The notes: generated by a model from the sequence alone, not told the origin. A DNA stretch of 64,000 bases from Lytechinus pictus (GCF_037042905.1 NC_087245.1:34038001-34102000); one strand, 5' to 3'. Positions 1 through 10,451 are shown, numbered from the stretch's first letter. Translations and numbers: made by a program.

Positions 1-252
1 AGATAAAGAAAGGAAATTAACTTTCCGACGTTGTAACACATAGGAGGAAAGTGGAATTTCTTTTCGGTATCCAACGCAAGGTGTTCCTTTTGTGTTTCTT
101 ACGTAACTGCGTATTTCGAGTTTTCTCGTTGCGCTAACAAGCATATCTTTTCCATTCTCGGCTCAGCATTATTAGCTCGCGCACGTTTGGAAACCAGCTC
201 CAGATTTTCTCTACGAGCCCTGCTACCGTATTTTTTCCGTCAAGATAGCGGC

Positions 253-1038
253 ATGGACGTGGACGAGACCACGCCCGGCCCAGCCACGTCTCACAACATT
301 TTACAAGCCATCCAGGCTCTTCAACGAAAGGTGGACTCTGCCTCCCGGAAATCTGCCAAGCCCGAAAGCTCCCCCTCCTTCAAGAGTGAGGGAAACAAGC
401 AGCAATACGACCACGCCCAGAAAATTTTTCAGTGCATTGACGACGCTCTACATTCGCTGCAGGATATCGATATCGAGGCCGCAAAGGAGCGTCTACTCGA
501 GGCATCCGCCCTCCTTACTCAGAGGCAGAAACTGATTCGCCTGGCAGACCGCTCCCCTTTGGGCTGGGCCACAGTCAAAGAGTATATCGCAGACGACCTC
601 GCGGAGAATTCCGATGACGAAAAACGTCTCAGAAAGGTAATATGTTTTTAATTCCAGAATATTTTATTTTTAACAAAATATATCAAATTTTTCATACGAA
701 TTTTAGCAATACTTGACTGCGTTTTATACCACTGTGCATTTCTTCATGCATTGTTAATTTTTTCATATGCGATTTATTTTCAGGCGGAGAAGGCTGCAGC
801 CACCAAAAGGGCCGAAACAGCCAAAAAGTCGAAGATTCAGCCCCCCTTCCGGGCCCCCCGCTCTTCTGTACCTCCTCGCATTATGCCTGGGACTTTTCGT
901 CGCTTCAACCCCTACCGTTCTGAAACCCGCATCTGCTTCCAGTGTGGCATCTCCGGTCACGTCCGCCCCAACTGCCCCGCTCTGCGAGCCGCTAGAAGTG
1001 CCGTCAACCAGCAACAGCCATCCAAGGCCCCCTTCTAG
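253..1038 (+). CDS. gag: Gag-like protein, spliced join(253..636,784..1038), 212 aa
   Basis: Exon 1 ends ...LAENSDDEKRLRK at AAG|GTAAT (637); AT-rich intron ends TTTATTTTCAG (783); exon 2 continues in phase 0 with AEKAAA... and holds C-x2-C-x4-H-x4-C (CFQCGISGHVRPNC). Confidence 0.85.
637..783 (+). other. 147-nt GT-AG spliceosomal intron in gag
   Basis: GTAATA donor, pyrimidine-rich TTTTCAG acceptor, sharp drop in GC relative to both flanks, in-frame stop at 649-651 if retained, removal restores one continuous gag frame. Confidence 0.85.
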
Positions 1039-3040
1039 TGCCCCACCCGCCTCATCTCTCGACCCGCCTTCAGGCGTGCAAGGTAAATTGAGAAAATGTT
1101 TATCATTCTGGAAAAGTGAATTAAAAGCTTCCAAGTTTGTTTGCGATATTATCGAGTACGGTTATAAAATCCCTTTTGATAAAGTACCTCCCCCATTTTA
1201 TAGCAAGAATAACAAGTCCAGTTTGGATCACCCAGATTTTGTTGAAAGTGCCATCTCTGAATTGATACAAAACAGATGTGCAGTAGAAGTAAAGCAACGC
1301 CCTTATTGCTGTAACCCTCTAACCGTTGCCGAAGGCAAAAAATTACGCCTAGTTTTGGATTTACGTCACACAAATCAGTTCGTTGCACAATCTAAATTTA
1401 AATACGAAGATCTCACTCATATTGCGCAAGTGCTTGGTTCCGAGCAATTTTATTTCTCATTTGATTTAAAGTCCGGCTATCACCATGTCGACATATTTCC
1501 CCCCCACCAGCAATTTTTAGGGTTTTCTTGGACCCATTCTGATTCCGTAGTACGTTATTATGTATTCACTGTACTGCCTTTTGGGCTCAACAGCGCATGT
1601 TATTTGTTCACTAAATTGACAAGGCCACTAGTGTACCACTGGCGTTCACATGGTATAATTGCTTACATGTATATTGATGACGGCCTCATCATTTCACCGT
1701 CTTATGAATCCGCTTTAGCAAATTTGGCAGTAGTAAGGGAAACTATCCGGCGCAGCGGTTTCGTTCCCAATGAAGCAAAGTGTGCTTGGAACCCATCTAG
1801 TAGAATTCTTTACTTAGGATTCCTCATCGATTCACCATCACGCTCGATTTTTGTACCTCAGTCGAAACTAATAAACTTAGTTCAGAGCACTGACGAGCTT
1901 GTGTCATTTTCTAAGGCTGCTGCTCCTGTCCCAGTGAGAAAATTGGCCTCATTCGCCGGACACGTCATTTCAATGAATCTCGCTCTCGGTCCGGTGGCGA
2001 GATTGATGACGCGCGCAACTTATCGCGCAATCGAATCTCGGTCTTCATGGTCCGATTTGATTTTTATTTCCGAATCTGTGCTCAATGAACTGGCTTTTTG
2101 GTCTGCCAACATTTTTTCGCTTAATGGATTTGCATTTTCATATCGCCTTGTACCGACCATGCAAATATTTTCTGACGCCAGCGATCTTGGTTTTGGTGCT
2201 CATGTCCAAGATCATTCACACCTGCGCGTCCACAGTTTGTGGTCACCTTCTGAGAAACTTCAGAGTTCCACTTGGCGCGAATTGACCGCTGTTTATCGCT
2301 CACTCAAAGCATTTTCCAGCCATTGCTTTAACCAAAAAATCAAGTGGTTCTCTGATAATTCCAACGTGCCTCGAATCATTAACCATGGTAGTGTTAAGTC
2401 CGATCTTCATCGTATCGCGCTTGATATTTTCTCTTACTGTCAGTTGCACGATATTGTTATTTCACCGGAATGGTTACCCAGGAGAGAAAATATTTTAGCA
2501 GACAAGATCAGTAAATATCGCGATTATGACGACTGGTCTATCGACGATCATTCTTTCTCACAAGTAGACAACTTGTGGGGGCCACATACAGTCGATAGGT
2601 TTGCCTCCCCCCACAATGCCAAACTTCCCAATTTTAACGCAAGATTTTTTTGCCGGGGCGTTTCCGCCGTGGACGCATTTTGTCAAAATTGGGAATTTGA
2701 AAACAATTACCTCTGCCCGCCAGTATCGTTCATTATTCAAGTAATAAAGCGCATGGCTGCTTGTAGCGCTGTCGGCACGCTGATAGTTCCCCGTTGGCCT
2801 ACCTCCCATTTCTGGCCTTTCATTTGCCCCGACGGCATCCATTTTGATGCGCACATTCACGATTGGAGGATATTAAATGCTTCATTTACTCCCTCCTCCT
2901 TGCACAAAGACAAAGATGTGTTTTGCGAGCAACCGTCATTTTTTACCCTAGCATTACGATACGATTTTAAGCGCTCGCCTAGAACTTCAAACACCGGTTT
3001 TTGTTCTGCTGACTTGGGTTATTGCCCAAATTGTATTTGA
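767..3040 (+). CDS. pol: Pol: reverse transcriptase + RNase H + DNA N6-adenine methyltransferase-like domain (757 aa)
   Basis: RT motifs LRLVLDLR, FDLKSGYHH, VLPFGL, YIDD, YLGF; RNase H FSDAS, WRELTA, FSDN, NILADKIS; MT-like VDRFAS...NAKLPNFN...VDAFCQNW...NYLCPP; uninterrupted. Confidence 0.93.
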   Translation: MRFIFRRRRLQPPKGPKQPKSRRFSPPSGPPALLYLLALCLGLFVASTPTVLKPASASSVASPVTSAPTAPLCEPLEVPSTSNSHPRPPSSAPPASSLDPPSGVQGKLRKCLSFWKSELKASKFVCDIIEYGYKIPFDKVPPPFYSKNNKSSLDHPDFVESAISELIQNRCAVEVKQRPYCCNPLTVAEGKKLRLVLDLRHTNQFVAQSKFKYEDLTHIAQVLGSEQFYFSFDLKSGYHHVDIFPPHQQFLGFSWTHSDSVVRYYVFTVLPFGLNSACYLFTKLTRPLVYHWRSHGIIAYMYIDDGLIISPSYESALANLAVVRETIRRSGFVPNEAKCAWNPSSRILYLGFLIDSPSRSIFVPQSKLINLVQSTDELVSFSKAAAPVPVRKLASFAGHVISMNLALGPVARLMTRATYRAIESRSSWSDLIFISESVLNELAFWSANIFSLNGFAFSYRLVPTMQIFSDASDLGFGAHVQDHSHLRVHSLWSPSEKLQSSTWRELTAVYRSLKAFSSHCFNQKIKWFSDNSNVPRIINHGSVKSDLHRIALDIFSYCQLHDIVISPEWLPRRENILADKISKYRDYDDWSIDDHSFSQVDNLWGPHTVDRFASPHNAKLPNFNARFFCRGVSAVDAFCQNWEFENNYLCPPVSFIIQVIKRMAACSAVGTLIVPRWPTSHFWPFICPDGIHFDAHIHDWRILNASFTPSSLHKDKDVFCEQPSFFTLALRYDFKRSPRTSNTGFCSADLGYCPNCI

Positions 3041-3098
3041 AGCAAACGAGTCCTTATCATGATCAAGTACTCATATTACGATATTAGCTTTTTGCATT

Positions 3099-3293
3099 AT
3101 ACAGGCCGATTTGTGCGCCCTTCGTTCCTTTTGTACGATACAGGCCGATTTGCGGGCCAATAATATTATTTTGTTCTATCGAGGCTGATTTGCGTACCTA
3201 TCATTATCTCTATTTATTCTATCCAGGCCAATTTGCGTGCCTAGTCACCCCCCCCCCCCCCCGTTTTGTGATATACAGGCAGATTTGCATGCC
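3099..3293 (+). repeat. Array of five 21-bp motifs (consensus ATACAGGCCGATTTGCGTGCC) separated by dissimilar 18-31 bp spacers
   Basis: Units start at 3099, 3138, 3178, 3221, 3273. Confidence 0.85.
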
Positions 3294-3400
3294 TAGGTGA
3301 TGTGCAGCCCTTGCTTGCATTGTAATCACACCTTGCTTAGGTCAATTTAAGTTCCTGGCAACTTTTTACCCTGTTATGCCTTCTTTTGCGTTTCTCGATA

Positions 3401-3662
3401 GCTAATAATCATTGCCCAGCTCTGACCAAACATGTTCAATCTTTTGTCATTGTTGTTATTTTTCAGTATTTGTCACCTGAGGTAGATAAAGAAAGGAAAT
3501 TAACTTTCCGACGTTGTAACACATAGGAGGAAAGTGGAATTTCTTTTCGGTATCCAACGCAAGGTGTTCCTTTTGTGTTTCTTACGTAACTGCGTATTTC
3601 GAGTTTTCTCGTTGCGCTAACAAGCATATCTTTTCCATTCTCGGCTCAGCATTATTAGCTCG
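3401..3662 (+). repeat. Internal B-A split direct repeat of the YR element
   Basis: 3401-3533 recurs at the right end (5265-5401, differing in one T-run length); 3484-3662 recurs at 1-179. Confidence 0.95.
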
Positions 3663-4123
3663 ACTTCCCACCCCCCCCCCCTTTTTTTGTTCTTACGGCT
3701 TTTCCCTCACCCCCCCCCCCCCCCGCCCCTGGTCAAACTTGCATTACTTAGTATTCAGGAGCAAGGAGCAAGGGAGTGCGCCCTCGCTCGGTACCCTGGG
3801 ACGCAACCACGTTTCCTCCATGAACTAATATGGGGGTTTTTCGTGGCCTCCGAGTACTAGTGTCTCGTACACTAGTCAGGTACTGGGCGCCTTGCATCCT
3901 CCTTATTCGTTTCCTGTCGCATTGTTATTCTTTTGATTAAATCTAGGTCTTTTGGATACCTACTTTTGAAAAAGTACGTATTAAGCAGCTTTTGGTTCTA
4001 CTCATTACTTTGTTTCTTGAAATTTCTCACTCTGCTTACTGTACAGTATGTATGTCAGTCTTTCGACTGATTTCTTTTTATTAATTTTGTCTAATTTTCT
4101 TGCTCTCATGAGCTAACTTTCAG

Positions 4124-5115
4124 AAACATGGTCCGCCAAGCAAGACTCCATCTCCGATCCGCATCTACGCAGCCTAGCCGCTGATGTTCTTCCATCCCTA
4201 CTCATGTCTGCCAAAGCTTCATCTACCACATCAAAATACAAATCCCGTTGGGACAAATGGGTCCAGTGGGCGAGCTCCAAATCTCTACCCACATTTCCAG
4301 TCCAAGCGTACCACCTCTGTCTATACCTTTCCCATCTGTCTTCCGTTAGCGGGGCCAAGACTCTAGCAGATTCCCTCGTCGCGTCAGTGAAATGGGCGCA
4401 CAGTCTCGCAGGCCTTCCTTCACCCACAGATGACCCTATGGTAAAAACAGCAGTGCAGGGGTATAACCGGACTCACTCTTCCCCTGTTTGTCGTAAGGAG
4501 CCTGTTACACCAGAAATCCTGTCCCATCTTCGCGCATCACACGGTCAGCTCAATGCATCTTTAGCTGATCTACGCATTTTGTTTATATGCTTCATTTCTT
4601 ATGCTGGATTCCTACGCTTCGACGACCTTAGCAGGATAAGAAGGAAGGACTGCACTCTTCATCATGACAGGCTAGTCCTACACTTACCCTCTTCTAAAAC
4701 CGATCAATTCCGCCAAGGCAGAGATGTTACCATTGCTAGGACATCCAACCCGACCTGTCCCGTCATTATAGCCGAGCGATATTTCGCAGCTTTAGGCGAT
4801 CCTCCTCATTCTCACCTACCAGTGATTCGCAGGCTTGCTCGTTCCAAACGCGGTCTAGTCGCCACTTCTCACGGCCTAAGTTACACCAGAACTCGCGAGA
4901 TTGTCCTGGAGGCGTTGAAGCCCCTTGTTCCCGACGTCTCTAAGTTCGGTTTGCACAGTCTCCGGTCGGGTGGAGCTTCATCCGCTAGTAACAATCGAGT
5001 TTCTCCCTTTCTGATTTCACAACATGGTCGTTGGAAGTCAGACAAAGCCAGGGACACATACATAAAATCGGACGCAACGTCAAATCTTCTTCCTTCACAA
5101 TCCCTCGGGATTTAA
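4124..5115 (+). CDS. Tyrosine recombinase (first in-frame Met 4204; frame open from 4117, probable splice acceptor at 4123)
   Basis: Catalytic set R (FLRFDDL), K (SKTDQ), HxxR (HSLRSGG), H (HGRW), Y (RDTYIK); N-terminal core-binding region STTSKYKSRWDKW. Confidence 0.93.
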
Positions 5116-5240
5116 GCTTCAAATCCCAATCCTTTATCATTGTTGTCGAGTTAATTTTCTTGGCTGTGTTTTTGCTTATGCATACTTTGCAATGTTCATA
5201 TCATTCTGAACAAATATGAGTCTATTGAATAAACAGCGAG

Positions 5241-5401
5241 CTAATAATCATTGCCCAGCTCTGACTAATAATCATTGCCCAGCTCTGACCAAACATGTTC
5301 AATCTTTTGTCATTGTTGTTATTTTTTTTTTCAGTATTTGTCACCTGAGGTAGATAAAGAAAGGAAATTAACTTTCCGACGTTGTAACACATAGGAGGAA
5401 A
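5241..5401 (+). repeat. Right-terminal B repeat with a 24-bp tandem duplication at its start
   Basis: CTAATAATCATTGCCCAGCTCTGA at 5241-5264 and 5265-5288; identity to the internal repeat ends at ...ATAGGAGGAAA (5401). Confidence 0.92.
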
Positions 5402-5752
5402 ATAATATTGAAAAGGGTGAAAATAAACTCTTCCGATAATGTAACCAACATATAATATATAAATCGTTCAATAACGGAAGAGACGACTGATTTACGAGGC
5501 TATTACTTTTTGGAATTTACAAAGGGTTTTTTTACGTTGCTAAATTCCAAAATTATTCTAATGAACCATAACTGTGAAAAAACATTTGTTCGTTCGCTCG
5601 AAATGAGGTATTAGTGTTGGGAGTTGATATTACTTGTCCCATAATTCGGAGGAGAAGAATATTTATAACAATCTAACCCAGTGTAATTATCAAGCTTCTA
5701 ATTATTTGAATCCAGACTAATAGGCCTTCGTTTGAATTAAGCTGGAGTTCAG

Positions 5753-6032
5753 GGCCCGTCTCACAAAGAGTTACGATTGATCTGATCAACCTCAAGTCTA
5801 TATATGCAAATCCATCAATGTCATAATTTTTCCTCAGGAAATTTGAACAATGTCCTTTGTAAACAAAGATAAGCACACTGAATATCCAAAACAACTTTTT
5901 AATTCATGAATGGACATCATAATTTTTATCTAGAAAATGTGTTGAACAAACATGCTTTTAAGATGATGACATTGATGACTTTCCATAGTTATGGTTGATT
6001 GGAACAATCGTAAATCATTGTAAGACGGGGCC
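5753..6032. mobile_element. PIF/Harbinger-type MITE
   Basis: TIRs GGCCCGTCTCACAAAGAGTTACGATTG / AATCGTAAATCATTGTAAGACGGGGCC, CAG on both sides; second family copy at 60987-61258. Confidence 0.7.
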
Positions 6033-6073
6033 CAGAATTCGGACACATGTCTAGTTAAGGGGTTGGTACTCAC

Positions 6074-9000
6074 TATGGCTCATCGTCCTCATTAAGTGTA
6101 CCTCGTGCTTTCCAGGTATCATAAACAGTTTGACGACTGCCATCAGGATCAGGTATCTAGACACAATTAAATATAAGAACGGCCCAAGTCCGTCTCTTGG
6201 CTAAATCGAGTTTAATTCGGGAAATTGTTGCTTAATACCCTTTAAATGCAAAAGAGCTATTCTGGACATCACTAAAACTTCTCTTAGACCAAGAGCATTA
6301 GTTTTGACTTGATGTCTGGTAACAAGCTGATTTTTTTTCAACTACAGGAATATGTCGAGGATAACATTCTAAAAGTCCTTATATGACCATATAGTGGATT
6401 TACCTCCTTTTTGGAATAATACTTTTTGGATTTAGCTCCTTTTGGAGATAAAACTCGAATTTGCCAAAAAAAATTGCCAACCTTCTCCCAAATATTTTAA
6501 AATGCGATATGGTGCATTAAGATTCNNNNNNNNNNNNNNNNNNNNNNNNNNNNNNNNNNNNNNNNNNNNNNNNNNNNNNNNNNNNNNNNNNNNNNNNNNN
6601 NNNNNNNNNNNNNNNNNNNNNNNNNNNNNNNNNNNNNNNNNNNNNNNNNNNNNNNNNNNNNNNNNNNNNNNNNNNNNNNCATGCTCTTCTTGTGATTTTT
6701 TAATACAAACTCGAAGCGTTTCCTGAAAAAAAGATGTTATACCACTTTAGATGCTTCTCGTATCAGACGGGCAAGATTGGGCGTAGCAACAATGTCAGGT
6801 ACCCAGGTCCCTATGATCAGAAGAATGTGAGAATGAGGGTGGGAAAGAATATGGTAAGATCATAATTAGAAGATATTCCTCTAGATAAATATTTCTACGC
6901 ATCCCACGAAAATTGATCATCCAATATTATTATTAATATTCAGATACCCCCACAAAGCTAAACATAAATCAATAAAGCAAAAAAAATGTTTTACTCAGTA
7001 TTTTATGTCAATCTTGTGAATCATGAGCATGGCGACTGAATATTGTCATTTTTTTTAAAGAAATTTGTGTAAAGATGCGCTAGCGTATAGTGCATGCGCA
7101 TTTGAATTTTGTAGGCGGGGCGAAATATTTGTTTCATCCAATATTTTCCATATTGCATGGTTTTCATAGGCATGCACGTTAAAAATCAGTTTTAATATTT
7201 TGTCTCTTTGAAACATCCTCGCAAGACGTCAAAAAATATCTGCGCCTCTAAAACCCTACATCTGAATAATAATATACAATAATCTAAGACTGGGAGCATA
7301 TCGAGGGCAATTGAATAATACCCTACTATGAATGTCGCCAGTGTACATATATCACTCTTAAAATAGATCAGTCAAAAATGACTAGTTAATCGAGTCAGCT
7401 GAGTGCAACTGCTATTCTAGTCATATTTCACTAATTTCTAGATGTATTTTACACAAAAAAAGGTTTTTTGACTAGAATATACGTCAGAAATGTGACTAGA
7501 CATATCAGTTACACCCAGTGGATGCACTGATCTAGTCAATTTGACTGATTTGTTTTAATACATCTAGAAGGTTGAAATTAAAACCACTCCTCTTTAACCA
7601 ACCAATGGTTGTTTTGCATATTATGGCTATCATATAAATATATATTATTTCGAATGTCTGTCGCTTATAATGACTTCAGTGCGTTGACTTCATTAACAAC
7701 TAGTACCTCCTGAATGTATACTACATTGTATCATGGAGCCTTTAGAATAAAAATAAATGCATTACTTCTCAATCACATAATACATCATTGCAATCAGTCT
7801 TTAACAACTCACCATACAAAGATACATCCACGTTAATGTAAGCAACAACTCGTATACCAAGTGTCTTGGTAAACTCCTGAAAAGATGACAATATAAAAAC
7901 ATAGAGCCACGGGGCTGTTATTTATATGTATATAATTGTATATATATATATATATAGTTGAGGCCAGAAGATTACATACACCCAGGAAATTCAAACAAAA
8001 GTTGACAATTGCCAAACAACATAAAATGTACTGTATCTTATGAAATATTTGTGCTATTATGACGAATTTGATACCAAACAAATGAGTAGGTCATGCCTCT
8101 TCATCACTTTGCTTTGTCATCAGGAGCTGAAAAATATTTAGGTGTCATTTTTTCCCCAAGAATCTTCATATTTTAGACAAATTAAAAATAAAAACCTGAC
8201 AAAAACGTTTCATATTTCGTATTGGTTGAATTATACAATTCCACCTCAACTCATCGTCTATCTCTCAGTCAATCATCCTTTATTAATTTATTCAAATTCA
8301 TTTATGGATTGTAGTTAACTCAAATGCTATATTTTTTAGACTATATACGTAGCTTTTGCATAGTGATGGTCCGTTTGCTTCCAGAAATACTATTTTCTAA
8401 GATCATGATGGTGATCATACCTCAACCCATTCATGAGATCCAATCAATCCTTGTTCCTCAGCACCCCAGCTACAAAACATGATACTACGACGAGGCTTCC
8501 ATCCTACCAAACATTCACATGAATAAAAATGAATAATTTGAATAATGTCACATCATTATGAAGTTTCACGTCATATAACACTGCGGAGTGCGAGTGAATT
8601 TACTGTTCAATTTCATACTTTTCCTTCCTTTTTTTCTTATTTTCGTTTTTCTTTATCATTTCTCCATTCATTCCTATTAATTTTGGAAAATAAATTTTCC
8701 CCTTTTCTCACAATGTGTATTTTTCTTTCGTTCCCCCTCTTCTCTTTTTTTCCCTATGTTTCCCACCAGCCGATGGAGGCGTGTGCTCCCTGTGACCCCC
8801 CCCCTCCTGTAGTTATGCCATTCATCATTATTATCATAAAACAAGAGTTTAAAAGTGAATACGCATTCAAGTAATCTCACCGTTGTTGACGAGGACGCCA
8901 ACAGCTCTACTAAGTTCTAGCATGCAAGCGGTACCGCTAGACGGATCTAGGGCACCGAACGCCCATGCATCACGATGGTTACCAACCAACACGTAACGAT

Positions 9001-9474
9001 CTACAACGAAAGAATCATTCATGATAAATTCAGGTATACACTCTAAATTTCAAGGGTATGTAATATTTGATTTATTTTTAATCTTAATGATTAACTGATA
9101 AATTTTTAAATTTCGAGAGATTTTCTTTCAAATCTTATAGCTTTTTATTTAGAATCCACAAGTTTTTAATCTAAATCTCATTCTACTTGTCACTATTCAC
9201 AGTCAATATTTATTTCTTTCAAATCGTTTGAATTTAGAATGCATATTATATTGGGGGAATTGACAATTATCACGGGACCCAAACTTCTTTGATAAGTGGG
9301 ATGGATATATATATATCCAACGTATCAAAGAAGTTATATATATATATATATATATATAATAATCAAACTAAATGAAGAATAGTCAAAGAATGCTCAAATA
9401 TTCCTTGACTATTCTTCATTTAGTTTGATTATTATTTTCTTTCCGTGACGGGGGACATACTCCGTTATTTCATC

Positions 9475-9527
<53 letters not shown>

Positions 9528-10414
9528 ACTAATCAAAAAAGTTTGGGTCCTTGATAATTGTAATTTCCCCACAATATAATATGCATTCTAAATTCAAACG
9601 ATTTGAATGAAATAAAAAATGACTGTGTATATATATATATATATATATATATTCGTGACCAAGCATGCACACGTACTATTTCCAATACTGTTCTTTCTTC
9701 TTCACCCTTTCTCTCCTTCTGTTTATCTCTATTCGTAATTTGTTCTAAAGAAAACGGCATGGCCCTGGAAAGCAGGGGTGCTGAAGCATCCACCAAGGCT
9801 TTTCGGGGGTGCTGCGTGCTGGTGGTGTTTACACATCCCTATTCTAAGCCTAAACCTAACCATAACATAAAACCCTATTGCCACCATAACCCAAACCCTG
9901 TATATAAAAAAAACAAATAAAGCCCGAATCAATTGTCGCCGGAGCAAATGTCGCGTCATCGTGGGAAAAGCATGGACTGCATAAAATTAAAATACACTCA
10001 AATAGGTCGAAAATTACTTACCCGGTTCGATACTGCCGGGAATAACACCGATAACGTTCCATGCATAACCTTGAACATTCTTTGTGAACACAGACATTTT
10101 AACAGACCTATATCAGAAAAAAAAACAGACATTGAAATATGATGCATGCAAGCATTTTTTAATGAAAGTTGTTAAGTTTTGATATCCTTGGTTTTGATAT
10201 GCTGAAAAGCACTGGTTTCCGGCTGTTACTATGTTAACTGTAGAAGAATGACAACTACTTAATGGTGACAATCTTCATGGGACAGCGCCCCGACCCCGAC
10301 CATCCCATTCCCCTTCCCAATACATGTATATTCAACTTCCTGACTGGCACACACGTATTCAACAAAGATTGTTTTCCCCCTTTGTATTTGTAATTACATG
10401 TATCTATTTATTTA

Positions 10415-10451
<37 letters not shown>

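Larger units (their letters stand above)
1..5401 (+). mobile_element. Tyrosine-recombinase (DIRS-order) retrotransposon, PAT-like, with split direct repeats; left end may extend beyond window
   Basis: gag with CCHC knuckle, RT (YIDD)-RNaseH-methyltransferase ORF, separate YR ORF; direct repeats 1-179 = 3484-3662 and 3401-3533 = 5265-5401; no integrase, no inverted termini. Confidence 0.93.

Noticed and set aside
3099-3293. CRISPR array
   Set aside because: Eukaryotic retroelement context, no cas genes, degenerate repeats, short low-complexity spacers of uneven length; kept only as a repeat array
1-3662. Conventional LTR retrotransposon bounded by 1-179 and 3484-3662
   Set aside because: No integrase or protease, no TG...CA ends, PBS or PPT; the YR ORF and third repeat show a DIRS-order layout
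3763-3904. Hammerhead ribozyme
   Set aside because: No CUGANGA/GAAA core in the required arrangement on either strand
763-4427. Antisense ORFs 763-1134, 2558-2860 and 4113-4427
   Set aside because: Shadows of GC-rich coding strands with no recognisable motifs
4204-5115. Bacterial/phage integrase contamination or stand-alone Crypton
   Set aside because: Enclosed by the same repeats as the RT cassette and embedded in a spliced host gene
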